From Epiperipatus broadwayi (taxonomy: Eukaryota; Animalia; Onychophora), in NCBI GenBank assembly GCA_028023455.1, contig JAQFVV010000005.1, forward strand, positions 5,270,001 to 5,334,000: 64,000 bases of DNA. The letters run 5' to 3'. Shown one piece after another: positions 12,701 to 25,529 of the stretch. The first letter of the stretch is position 1; each line of letters opens with the position of its first letter. The notes beneath the pieces are model-generated. The model searched no databases and was not told the origin of the DNA. It saw only the letters and a program-made list of their open reading frames with translations. Both the position numbers and the translations under genes were made by a program.

Positions 12701-15700
12701 ATAGTTTCAAAAAAGATTTCTAAATAAAGCATGCAACTGAATATAGATGAAACTATGAGAAATAAAAATAAGATCTAAAGAGAGGTAAGATTGAAGAGAA
12801 TAATAACTAGTTCAGAGAAGCAGTAATAATTATAAGATTTTTACACAAAAGTAGTAATTAAATATGGAGTGAATAAGATACAATAATATTATCATAATAT
12901 TTAATAATTTCTCACATAATTTTAAATTCTGAACAAAATAATAATAAAGTTGCAAACTTTCTGCATGAGAAAGTTCAAACTTTGTAATCTTATTACCATT
13001 ATTTCCAGTAGAAATTATTTTTATTACATATACTAATACATATTCAGAAATCATATAGAAGCATACAAATTATATATATAAATGAGAAGATAATATATAT
13101 ATATCATCGACGATGTCAATCCAATCACATGGAATTTTCAAGAATTATGAAAGCAGAATATAATAAAGTAATATATAATCCATGTTTGTTAAAAAAAATG
13201 CAAGCAGAGAGTAAATGTTGTTTCATCTTATTTAAAAACCAAAAATACCTATAAAGATGAATGCCATTAGAAATTAAATATATTTCAGAGATGTGTCTTC
13301 ACACGTCTATCTACAGAATTTTGTCTTACATGTTGAGTCATACCTATATGCATCAGGTTTTGAGTACAATTTTTATTGAGGATCTAATGCAGTTAAAAAA
13401 AAACAGTTCAGCAAATTTATTACCAGCTAATGATGGGCATTGTAATAATGATAAAAGAAGTACATCAAAACTTGAATTGTTAACTTTGATTTTTCAATAA
13501 TCATTGCAATAATATCTATTGTCTCTAAGTTGCTGAAGATTGTCAGCAAATGCTTTTCATGAGAAACAACAGGCTGTAAAGTTACTTGTAAAAACTGATA
13601 GAAGGTTCATCTAATTCACATTATAAAAATGTTAATGTTCTATAATTTCATTGATCTTTTCTATGTTACTCCAATGAAATACTGATAATCTAGTAGACAT
13701 TCTCCACCAGTGAAACCTGGAAGATGCCAACAATAGTATCTACAAATGTTCAATTATAGACTCATTGCATAAAACTTGCAGTCACATATTTAATGTTTAC
13801 CTGCTTCTATAATTCTGTAACACATTGCACAAACATACATATATAACTTATCTACCTAGTTAATAAACCACATCGAGAATTAAATTACTAGTAGATTTGC
13901 ATGATATTCCTAGAAAAATTCATTAAAGCAGGATGTATAAACATTTATATAAGGATTAAAATGCACATCCTTCAAACTTCTATAAATTTAGATAAGGTAT
14001 AAGATAAGCAATTCATGTTATTTTATTATTACTTTTTCAGTAGTTTTAAGATGTCTAAAAGTATGAACAAGAGCAGAGCATAGACATAATTCATAGAAGA
14101 ATCCAAATTAAAAGAAAACTTTCAATGAGTTTAACAGACTGTATACTAATATCATCTTGATTAAAAACACTGTTTTATAAAAGACAACTTTAATCTCATT
14201 TGATTAAATATTGCTTTTAGGTCACTTAAAAGAAAAAAATGTGTAGTTTATTGTTTACTAGATGATTTTCTTATCTTAGTGCCATTAATCATGTAGATAG
14301 TGAAAGATTTCTGTGTCAACAATAACAATGGACACACAATCTAATTCAGTAAGTGATTATTGCCTTATTATTTATGTTTTTGTTTCCAAATAGCCAGACT
14401 ATACCTCATTCACCCAATATTAATAAGTAAATGGGCATCAAACTATTTTTAACTGGAAAGTAAAGTCACTAAGATAATTTGAGTTGGTCAAATAAATATC
14501 AATACAGTGATCATAAAATAGAAATTTAATGCAACCTCTATCTTTACTGAAGGAAATATAGTACACTTCCGTGTCCTAAACTCATGATTTACCTTATCCT
14601 TCCATATTTTAATATTCAAGATCACATACAACATTGACACAGTAAAAGAATAATTTGTTAATTAGCTTAAATAATTCCTATATGAACAAAAAAATCAGTC
14701 TGTGTTTTTAAAAAGAACTTTACAATAATAAAGGAACTATGACTATAATAATTAATTAATTTTGGATATTCTATCTCCCAGACTGATCAGATTTCAGAGC
14801 TTCAGTACAGTCTACTGTCCAGGAGGCCATTATTTTTTAATAATCTGAGAATTAATCCAGAAATCTTTAGCTCTTAAACCAGCTACTACCTGTATGATTA
14901 AGCTGTAAATGGCAGGGTCTCAATTTCTGTAAAAATATCAACAATGCAGCCAAAAACTATCAATAAATGATATTATGAAAGTCTATACTCTGATAATGTT
15001 CTAAAACATTTTGTCTTTAAAAATCTATCTGCTGTGCAAAAGAAAACAAAAAAGGACTCTTCTGCATTACACATTCCAAGGTAGGTGAACATAACTATGC
15101 AAAAGATACTACTTCTCAGCATTACAACTCTTGCATCATTACATCATACAACTTTGATTCTATTGATTTAATTTGTTATATATATATATATATTATATAA
15201 ATAGACAGATAGATAGATATTCCATTACTTAGATTGGTTTCATTTGATTTTACAAAGGAAGATACTGGGCTCAAGATTTATGGGCAGTACTCAATCTTCT
15301 TATAAACTCTTGATCAGAAACCATCCAATTATTTATTTTACTTAATGTTTTAAGCTGCTTTTACATTTTAATATTAGTTGCTGATCTTAGGCTACTGGGT
15401 AGGCATCAAAAGTGGCACATAGAGTAATGGCTTTTAGATATAAAGGCCAACGCTGAACAACAAATAACAATGTTCAATCAAGATCTGCTGTCTTGATAGA
15501 TAGGATGTTGGTTCATCAAAGAATGCATACTGTTTTTGATACACTATGCATAACACCAATTCTTCTTCCCTTTTTCTTATTAGCTCAAACCCTCAAGAAT
15601 TAAGAAAGCAGTGGTCAGAAGAGGCTTAGTAGACTGGCAGCCCTTAGCTGAGATTTTTGCTTGAGGCAATATAATTACTAATGAGTTAATTTGGAACTGG

Positions 15701-18009
15701 ATTTCAGTGATAAGGGAATTTTATGAGGCAAATATTTATGCTTAGACAGCCATATTTAGAAATCCTCCTGCCCACTATATAAATGGAAAAACATAAAAAA
15801 ATATGATTTAAAAATAGCCAGGATTACACCAGGAAAATTTGTTTTTTTTTCAGTGATAAGATATAATAAAAATAATAATATCAATGATAGTGGTAAAGCA
15901 AAAGGCAGTGGTAGGATAAGTCTTATAAATTTAATTTTTTTTAAAAATATACAAACTTTATTTGATACAAATTCTTGAAATGAAAATGGAGGACTGTACT
16001 GGTGACTAAGAAGCTTTCAAGATTTAAGATTAATATAGCTGTTTTTAATGAAACTAGTTTCCCAGAGGAAGGAAGTTTAATAAAATAGTTGAATGTGCAT
16101 GTTTTATTCTAAAAGGCAGCTTAGTCAATGAGTAAAAAAAAATGTATGATATTGGATTTGTACTAAAATTTAATTTTAAATACCTTGTTACATCAATAAA
16201 AGATGAATGATGTTAAAATTCATCTTGTACAATGGTACTTATGCTCATTTTACCAGGGTCTATGCCCAACCTAGATTCAGAGAATTTAAAGATGGAAAGT
16301 TTTTTGATGGATGACATTCTTACAGCACTACTATTAAAAGATATGAATGTTTTTCTTTTTGGAGACTTTAACACTCACGTTATTACAAATAGCAAACTAT
16401 GGCCAAAAGTTACAAAAATGCACAACACATGTATTGATTATCACAAACACTTTATTTAGACAAAAGCACCTTAAAGGCATGTGCATGCATCCAAATTCAA
16501 AGCAATGGCATTTAATAGATTACATTATGTGTTAGGAGTCTATGAGATGCTCACATTAGATGAGAGCTTACAAGCATATATTTAAAGATTAAAATGATAG
16601 ATTCATTAAACATAGATATTATTCTAAACATGTTTCCAAGAAAATTGATGTTCATTCTTTAGTAGAATCTACTATACTTTCTAAATGTTAACAACTATAA
16701 ATACTGAAATTGCTATTTTGTATTTTCAGGAATATCATATTATTGTTTCGTGGAATCCTCTTGAGAAGTGTGTTATGGAAACAAGTAACTTATTTTTAGT
16801 TTCACTAAAAAGAAATATCATGATTGATTTTCCAATAATGAATGAGATTTAATTAAAAAAAATATGTATCATTTTCTCCTTGACAGAATAATAAATGGAA
16901 AGAGCTGAAGACAGAAGTTCAACAATTGACAAGAAAGCTTAAAATTGATTGGTGGACTAAAGCTGCAAAGAAAATGCATTCACTGAAAGTAGTTTCTCAA
17001 TGCATTAAAAACAGCTATGGAATTGGGAAATTGTATATAATCCTATTAAATTCAGCAGTGGGATTCTATTTTATGAGACAATGATATTTTGAGCAAGTAG
17101 AAGAAGTACTTTGATCATCTTTTGAATAATGGTATAAGAATTAATGATGACTTTAATGATACATCCATGGTGAACTTAAGGATGCTTTTATTGTTTGGAT
17201 TTTTTAAAACAAAGAAAATAGACAATATTGCAGTAATTATTATGAAATAGCATTATTATTCACTACAATAAATATGCTTTCAATAATTTTGACACTACTT
17301 CCAGTTATCATCTGAGACTCAGGTAGTTTTAGAGAAATATGAAGCACTATAGACATAGTTTTTGTCATTGAGAAAATGCAAGAAAGTGTTAGGAACAAAG
17401 GTGCAATTATATCAAGGTATTTTATTTAGTTAACAGAATAGGTCTATGACATTGTTAGAAATTAGTTGGGTTGTCCATCAATTTTTTAATGTTATAGAGC
17501 TTCTAGATCAAGGATTTAGAGGAAATGTTATTACTATAAGTGGAAAATCTAAGCCATTTGAAATAAAAACTGGTGTCAAACATGAATGTGCACTTGTTCC
17601 AACATTTGAATGGACAGTGGTTTTAGAAACTACTTACAGGCAGCTCAATGAAATAGAGATCAAGATGTGATGCAGATTTGATGGTGAGATTTTTAATTTG
17701 AATTGATTAAAAAATTAAACATAAACTTCATCTTTTTTAGATTCAGAATTTACAGTAAGCTGATGATTGTGCTATTTTTTGCCAGTTGAGAAGATAATTT
17801 ACAGAATGTAAGTGATGTTTAGGATTAATATTCATAAACCTCAAAGTTTCTTTTTCAGACAGTGATGGAAAGAAAATCCTTAGCAATTTTTAGCTTAAAT
17901 GGTTACAAACTTGAGGATATAAACCAATTTAAATAACAGCAATAAAACAAAAGTATTCTTACATCTTGATACATACACAGGCTCCAAAGTGCTATTGCTG
18001 CTTTTAACA

Positions 18010-19116
18010 TGTAAAAGATATATATTAGTAGTCCACTAGAGGGAGCCACAGACTCCAGTTAACCCTGTTTCTGACTCCCCATTTCATTCCCTTTTTCCTA
18101 GTTTAGGGAATTAAATTTCTCTAAAACTATCCCTATTAAAAAGGAGAGTTTCTTAGCTCTCTTTTCATATACAAGCTACATCAACAATGTGATCACAAGT
18201 AAGAATAATTTTAACTTTTATAAAAACGCTATGTAAATATATGGCAACCATTGAAATTACAAAAGATTTCTACAGAGATTTTACCTTTTAATGAAAATTT
18301 TCATTTCACTTAATTTTGTTGAATGAATGAGAGTCTGGTTGTTGGGAGGGTCTCCAGGGGCCTAAATCCTAACTCCTTTGAGAGAGGGAGCTGGGATTAA
18401 GGTGCTGTGGTGACCATTACTAATATTGATTTTTCTCATTCACAAGAAAGAAAAAATAATATTATTTATGGCAATTTTTTAACATTATTGTCATGAATGA
18501 TTTTAACTATGTATTATTGCAAAATAAGTTGCAATTTGGCCTCATGATTCTAATTGCAAGTGATTCACCTTATTTAATTTTATTACTTCCAATGTTGTTA
18601 TTGATATGGCTGGCCTTTTGCTGTTCATGTGATTTTCATGATGGATTAGAATGTTTTTCAGCAGAAACATTTTGAAGCTTGGATTTTTTTCTTGTTCTCC
18701 ATAGTTTTTCCATAATTTTTCCAAAATATTCGGGATTGCTCTCTTGTGAAGATATTTGAGGTCATTTGGAAGAACTGAACAGTAGATTGATTTAGTCCAT
18801 ATTTTATGTTATCTTCAAGTGTTTTCCAATTTCTCAACTTATCTACCGCAAATTGGATTTCTCAATATTGTACTCCTAAAACCCTATTCATATTTGACAA
18901 AGACTCTTCTTTGCTGGGACTATACACCCTTTCCATATCACTTTCCCATCTCATATGTATTCCCCTCCCCTTCACCATATTGTACTTGGAAATTTATTTT
19001 GCCATGTAATCATCTCTTTGTAAACCTTTCATTGTTGTGTATTTTGTCTTTTTAATGAATAAAAGCTTTCATCACTGAGGGAAAAAAGATAGAATATTTA
19101 TCATAGAGAAATAACA
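18010..19116. mobile_element. ~1.1 kb insertion inside the RTE LINE, possibly a solo LTR
   Basis: It interrupts the LINE reading between ...AAFN and ...VVYKIV. It begins TG and can end CA, has AATAAA near the right end and CCACTAGAGGGAG near the left end. No clean TSD was found. Confidence 0.3.
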
Positions 19117-19494
19117 ACAGTAAATAAGTTAGTTGTGTATAAAATTGTTTTGTTTTTTTTCTAATTTGTGAGACTTGGACATTCTATCAATGCAATATAA
19201 AAGCATTAGAAAAGTTTAATTTAAGAATGATTCATGAAATTTTAAAAATGCAATGGCAAGATCATAAACCCAATTGATATATTCTTCCCGCTTGAGATGT
19301 GGAATTATTGAAAACCACTATTGTAAAAATCACACCTTTCATGCATTGTACATGCAAAACAAAGCATTTTATGGTGAACTTGATCATGGTTTTCGTGGAA
19401 GATGTAGATTTATCTACTTTATATGAAAATGTTTCAAATAGATTTTAAAAAAATGCAATGTCAATTTGACAGAGAATTGAATAATGGTATAAAG

Positions 19495-19948
19495 CAGGAG
19501 GGTCCAACAAGTCGATCGTGATCCACCTATCGATCGCAAAGCCATTTTTGGTCGATCGCCATTTGGCAAGAGCTGTCGACTAACGAGTGAAACAAATTAA
19601 GTCAAGATTTTCAAGTTTTTTTATTTTTGTATTTGTTCTAAATTTTTTTCAATTCTAGATAGGTGAAGTCCACTAAGCCGTATTATTATTGAAAATAATA
19701 TTTTTAATCTTGATTTAATGTTGCTAATTTGAATTAATAAATATTGTTAATAATTATTCATGTTGCTTTAATTCACCCCGGACATGAGTTTTTTTTGGCC
19801 GTTAAATAATTATTTTTTACTAGGTAGATATATAAAAATGTATGTATTTCGCACCTCCACTTAAACTACGCCTATGACCACAAGTCGATCGCAACACATT
19901 TTAAAAATAAAAAGTAGATCTTATGAACACAAAAATTGGTTATCCCAG
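19495..19948. mobile_element. Non-autonomous hAT element (MITE)
   Basis: Perfect 8-bp TSD GTATAAAG at 19487-19494 and 19949-19956. Degenerate TIRs CAGGAGGGTCCAA and TTGGTTATCCCAG, with repeated subterminal GTCGATCG motifs. Confidence 0.85.
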
Positions 19949-21325
19949 GTATAAAGTGTCTCAGAAAGAAATATTTTTTCTGCTGAAGAAATTAAAAGAC
20001 AACTTAAAATATCAAGTAAACAGAAAAATGGATTAACACGTTCTATATGTGGACATATTTCTATTTCACAGTTTGGTTTGTATAGATATCACAAAACTCA
20101 TTTCTAGATAATCCCCCCCCCCCTTATTATTATTACCATTTAAAGAAATAAAACTTGATGATTGCTTGCGATTATTTGCCTTTGTTATTAAAACTATTTC
20201 TCTAGCATCTCAAGACTAGTAGAGATAATTAGACAATAAGATATAACAACAACCAATATATTTAATCATTGTAAGTGCTAGTCTAACAATTGTTTTAATA
20301 TAGTTTTTTAGCATGTCGATATTGTTCATTCTAAACTTATAAAACCTTTTTCCTTATGAGTATTCATGACGTTTTTCTAAATGTGATGTTAAAAACCAGA
20401 TCAATAAGCTAATCTATTGATAAAGAAACAATTTTATAACATTATTAATCAGATTATATGTATATGTCCTTATAGAATAGTAGCAGTTTATTTGTATGCT
20501 ACATTGAAACTCAAAGTCCGATTAGATTGTTTTGGGGTTTCTTCAAGCAGTCTATTCAGAGCCACCCATACTGGTCAGTAAATGGGTATATAGTTATAAT
20601 TAGCTAAAGATAAAATAAGTATAAAAAATTACCCGAACTCTTATCGCTGTTCTTTAAAATCATATAACAACAACAAAAAACATTAAACAGATGTATAATT
20701 TTCATAAAGGAAATAGATACCGTTTTATTATTACTGCAATTTGTTTTGTTTATTGCCTTAGCTTGAAAAATTAGTTGCTTTTTTAAAAAAAATTAAAAAT
20801 ATTAAGTACGCATTTGTAAATTTCACGACAACAATAATATATTTCCCCCCTCCTTACTTTAAACCACAGAACATTTGAGAGTTGATATCCCTTAGTGGGA
20901 TCGTTTTCAAATGGAAAAGGAGAAGAAATGTTCTGGAAAAAAAAAAGATAAAAAGAAAACATGTGCATTCTTTAGCTTCTCGGGACAAAAGATTAAAAAA
21001 AGAAATACCCCTCGTGTATTCATTTACACAAAACATTTCCCGTCCTTTGTTAAACTGGAAGTTAGAATTAATTGTTTTATTATATACAAGTAATTTCTCA
21101 TAAAGACCAATTATTTTTAATAATGAAGAAGCACCCAAATAGTAATTAAAAAAGTTTGATCTTTCCTTTCTTCCTAATAAATATAGCATCACATTTAAAA
21201 AAACACATGTTCATGAAAGACTTTATATTTAAGTATAGCGATCTATTATTTAATCTTTTTTTATTTTTAACTTTATATTTCACTGACGAAAAAGAATATA
21301 GACTCAATATTTAATGTAAAGAAGA

Positions 21326-21390
21326 ACCATGTAGCATAGTAGTTAGCGAATCTGTCTGCCATGTTGACAACCTGAAGTTCAAAGCTTGGA
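21326..21390 (+). other. Decayed tRNA-like (Gly-GCC-like) SINE head
   Basis: A-box-like TAGCATAGTAGTTAGC, a CTGCCAT anticodon-like loop, and a B-box-like GAAGTTCAAAG. Confidence 0.3.
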
Positions 21391-21689
21391 ATTTTATTGA
21401 AGTCATAAGTAGTCTTAGGATTTTTCATTCAAGCAGATAGCCCATAATCAACCGAGTCAGCCATTCTATAATAATCAGTAATCGAATATCTTGTTATTAA
21501 TAATTAGAAAATGGAAGCTCTTTGTTGTTCTAAGTTGATCAAATGAGTATTGAAGTAATAACTATAAATGCAAAAAGAAAAGTGAGGTATGCAGTTTTCA
21601 CAACTAATAAAGTCGATGTTATGTTTTCAAGGAAACACACAGCCTCAAATCTTTGCTATTATTGAAGGAGATTTTATATTTCTATAGGT

Positions 21690-22340
21690 ATAGAGCCAAT
21701 GTTTTCACCATTATGAAGAGGGTGTCATATTTCAATGTATGCAGAGCCCCATGTTTTCACCATTAATGAAAGGTGTTATACATCTAGAGATGTGGAACAC
21801 AAGTTTTCATCGATATACAAGGTTGTCACTTCTTTGTGTTCAAAGTGCAAAATTTTCCCTACTTTCAAAATCAAATTTATTCACATTTAGGTCAATTACA
21901 ATACATTGATATTTTTACATTTATGACTATGTTTCAAAGCAACTTTATTAAGTCACTAAAGTATATCCACCCTGTGCAGGGGCCATATTCTGTCACCTGC
22001 AGCAATGGGCAATAGAGGCTACAATGATACATTTATATTCTACAACTGGGTGGTGGCTCAAAGCAATACAACCACCTTGTCCAATGGATTAGGTATTACA
22101 GGTATCTGAAAAGGAAAAATACATTCGTACAAACATCTAGAAAAACAGGGACGTGAATTATCACAGATTAACCAGTAGTAGAAGAATGTCATACTTCTAT
22201 GAGTGCCAATAAACTTCTATGAGTGCAGAAACCAAATTTTCATCATTAAAGAAGATGTCATACTATGGTGAATACAAAGCCAAAAATTTTCACTACTTGT
22301 GAAAGATGTGGCATACTTCTATGGATGTATATAGAGCCCA
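21690..22340. repeat. Degenerate ~51-bp minisatellite in two clusters
   Basis: AGAGCC..ATGTTTTCACCATT..GAA..GTGTCATA units start at 21692, 21743, ~21794 and ~21843, then again at ~22227-22340. Confidence 0.55.
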
Positions 22341-23049
22341 AAGATTATCTTTACCTTTTTTTTTTTTTAGAAATAATGTGTTCTCTTTCTGTTTTTGACT
22401 TTTCTCGATAAACAAAAAATAAATAATCGAATATCTGTATTGCTCAAGACTTCATGAAAAGTTTGAGTGCCAGAAAGGTCAAAATTGGATGAAATCCATG
22501 AACCTTAAACTCCAACATCTGCAACTCTGCAACTGCATTAAACTATGCAAGATTCGAAGCACCCAAGATTCTTCAATAAATAATCTTTTTCTATTCACAT
22601 TTTTCAAAATCTTCTAACCTTATTTTTGATAATATCCTCCAAATCTATATCTGTAAACTCATCATTATTCTCTTTTTCCTTAATAATATAGGTCTCTGCT
22701 TATGCTTCACTAAATAAGTATTTGTTTTAAATATAATTGAATCTAATTAGATAAAATTATTTCTCTGGGCGTAATAACATCCCAAATTTGTAATATGTTC
22801 ATTTTAATAAAATTATAACTATTATATAAACATGCAATCATTCTCTATTGTAATAATAAGCATTTGCAAAAAAAAAAAAAAAATGGGGGGGGGGGATCCT
22901 TGACAATGATCTAGAGGTTTAGCATAATGTTTCCTTAATAAATTCTTATTAAAGTGGGGGAAAAAAACACCTGGTCAATTGAATGGAACTTTTATGTTAA
23001 ACCTGTCATTTGAGTAGGTGACCAACACATTATTTTCTATCAATAATCA

Positions 23050-24586
23050 CGTGAAAGCTAAACACCTTCAAACAGATACGCTTTAAATATGCTTATGTGA
23101 CAGCCAATCAGATGGAATAATGGCATCACATGGGACTCTAAATTCTAAAACACAAGCCAGAACTATTAGAAAAAGATGGGACCCATCTTAATCTATGCCT
23201 CAATTATATTTAAATAAGCCAGACTAAAGCATTTTGAACTAAGAGTGTGAAGCTTAAATACCTTCACATTTAATCCACTAAATATTATATATATATAAAT
23301 TAACAACGTGAAATCATCCGATTTACAATGAAGCAATATTTTAAATCTAATGAAATGATACTAATAAATGTAAATATATTAAATTTAAGCGTAAACAGAT
23401 AATATTATAATAACGTGAAAGCTAAACACCTTCAAACAGATACGCTTTAAAAAATGCTTACGTGACAGCCAATCAGATAGAATAATGGCATCACATGTGA
23501 CTCTAAATTCTAAAACACAAGCCATAACTATTAGAAAAAGATGGGACCCATCTAAATCTATGCCTCAATTATATTTAAATAAGTCAGACTAAAGCATTTT
23601 GAACTAAGAGTTTGAAGCTTAAATACCTTCACATTTAATCCACTAAATATTATATATATATAAATTAACAACATGAAATCATCCGATTTACAACGAAGCA
23701 ATATTTTAAATCTAATGAAATGATATTAATAAATGTAAATATATTAAATTTAAGCGTAAACAGATAATATTATAATAACGTGAAAGCTAAACACCTTCAA
23801 ACAGATACACTTTAAAAATGCTTACGTAACAGCCAATCAGATGGAATAATGGCATCACATGGGAATCTGAATTCTAAAACACAAGCCAGAACTATTAGAA
23901 AAAGATAGAACCCATCTTAATCTATGCCTCAATTATGATTTCACGTTGTTAATTTATATATATATAATATTTAGTGGATTAAATGTGAAGGTATTTAAGC
24001 TTCACACTCTTAGTTCAAAATGCTTTAGTCTGGCTTATTTAAATATAATTGAGGCATAGATTAAGATGGGTCCCATCTTTTTCTAATAGTTATGGCTTGT
24101 GTTTTAGAATTTAGAGTCCCAGGTGATGCCATTATTCCATCTGATTGGCTGTCATGTAAGCATTTTTAAAGCGTATCTGTTTGAAGGTGTTTAGCTTTCA
24201 CGTTATTATAATATTATCTGTTTACACTTAAATTTAATATATTTACATTTATTAATATCATTTCATTAGATTTAAAATATTGCTTCATTGTAAATCGGAT
24301 GATTTCACGTTGTTAATTTATATATATAATATTTAGTGGATTAAATGTGAAGGTATTTAAGCTTCACACTCTTAGTTCAAAATGCTTTAGTCTGGCTTAT
24401 TTAAATATAATTGAGGCATATATTAAAATGGGTCCCATCTTTTTCTAATAGTTCTGGCTTGTGTTTTAGAATTTAGAGTCCCATGTGATGCCATTATTCC
24501 ATCTGATTGGCTGTCACGTCTGTTTGAAGATGTTTAGCTTTCACGTTATTATAATATTATCTGTTTACGCTTAAATTTAATATATT
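23050..24586. repeat. 364-bp unit concatemer (about 2.4 direct plus 1.8 inverted copies) with 12-bp TSD
   Basis: ACGTGAAAGCTAAACACC occurs at 23049, 23413 and 23778. Orientation switches at ~23936. TATCAATAATCA flanks both ends (23038-23049 and 24587-24598). Confidence 0.9.
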
Positions 24587-25529
24587 TATCAATAATCATA
24601 TTTATGTCATTAATATTATTGCTTAAAAAGCTAAAAGGGGGAAAAAGAATTAATAATAACAATTATTTTTCATACCAGTTTGTTTTTTCATCAAAAAAGC
24701 TTTATTGGAAATTAAGCTTCAATTAATATATCGTTAATTCAGTTTATACTTCTTTCATTTTCTATTTCACTCAAAATATGACTAATCAATGGGTTATTAG
24801 GGCTATGCTATAATGATTTGAACATAAAAACATTCTCTGAGTTAAAATTTAAGTCTAAGGAGCAGCAAAACTTTCTGGGTATATGAAAAATGACCACATA
24901 GGTTCAGAATATTTTTAATAAGTTATAACAAATAATAAAAATTATATACAACAGCTATATAAATATATTAATAATAATTATACATAAAAAGCCTTTTTTG
25001 GCACATGGTTTTATGACCTTTTCAAATGTTAGTCATTTATTTTAATGTTAACTAATTGTTGCAGATAGAAAACTATCTAGTGTTCCATAATGGAAGTAAA
25101 ATAACAATAACAAAATAAAACATCAATAAAATAAAACAAAGCCTTCATATAAAGATCCAATATAATTTCAAAGAATTGACTATATAACATAATAATATAA
25201 CTTTCTATTTATTTTTAATTGGCCAGTTTTTAATTAAATTTATTGGAGTTTTGTAAATATTCATAAAATTATTTATGTTTAATGCAAATATATTTGTCTT
25301 CTTTTTTGGATCATTAATGCAATTTAAAGGTTGGGTATTTTTTCTAGCATGTATTTTAAGTCTATATGTTAAATAATGAATGTATAAAGCAGATTTATCA
25401 TCTCATCTATTAATTGCATTGTTATGTTCTATGTCTCTCATCTCTAATTGTTTTCCTGTAATTAATTGTGATCTTTGCAACATGATTTATTAAGGTTATC
25501 CAAGAAAACAGTTAGAACATAACAAATAA

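Larger units (their letters stand above)
15935..20107 (+). mobile_element. Near full-length decayed RTE-clade LINE, interrupted by two insertions
   Basis: APE motifs (KLSRF.INIAVFNETSFPEEGSL, FLFGDFNTHV, WHLIDYIMC), RT motifs (GVKHECALVPT, xADDCA at ~17756), CETWTFY...QWQDHK, and a terminal C2H2-like ICGHISISQFGLYRYHKTHF* ending at 20107. Confidence 0.85.

Noticed and set aside
13528-13585. CTGAAGA...GAAAC...GTA spacing resembling a hammerhead
   Set aside because: Stems I and II do not pair, so it is consistent with chance.
15390-15930. Possible HDV-like ribozyme in the RTE 5' UTR
   Set aside because: Such ribozymes are known in RTE elements, but I could not build the nested double pseudoknot by eye; it needs an RNArobo/Infernal search.
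23155-23170. CACAAGCCAGAA-CTA in the 364-bp unit resembles the family A ribozyme 3' half
   Set aside because: There is no CUGANGA upstream, no GAAA and no flanking homology; treated as coincidence unless a consensus alignment shows otherwise.
23050-24586. Regular repeats considered as a CRISPR array or satellite
   Set aside because: There is no repeat-spacer structure or cas gene and the context is eukaryotic. The TSD and inversion argue for a single insertion rather than a satellite block.
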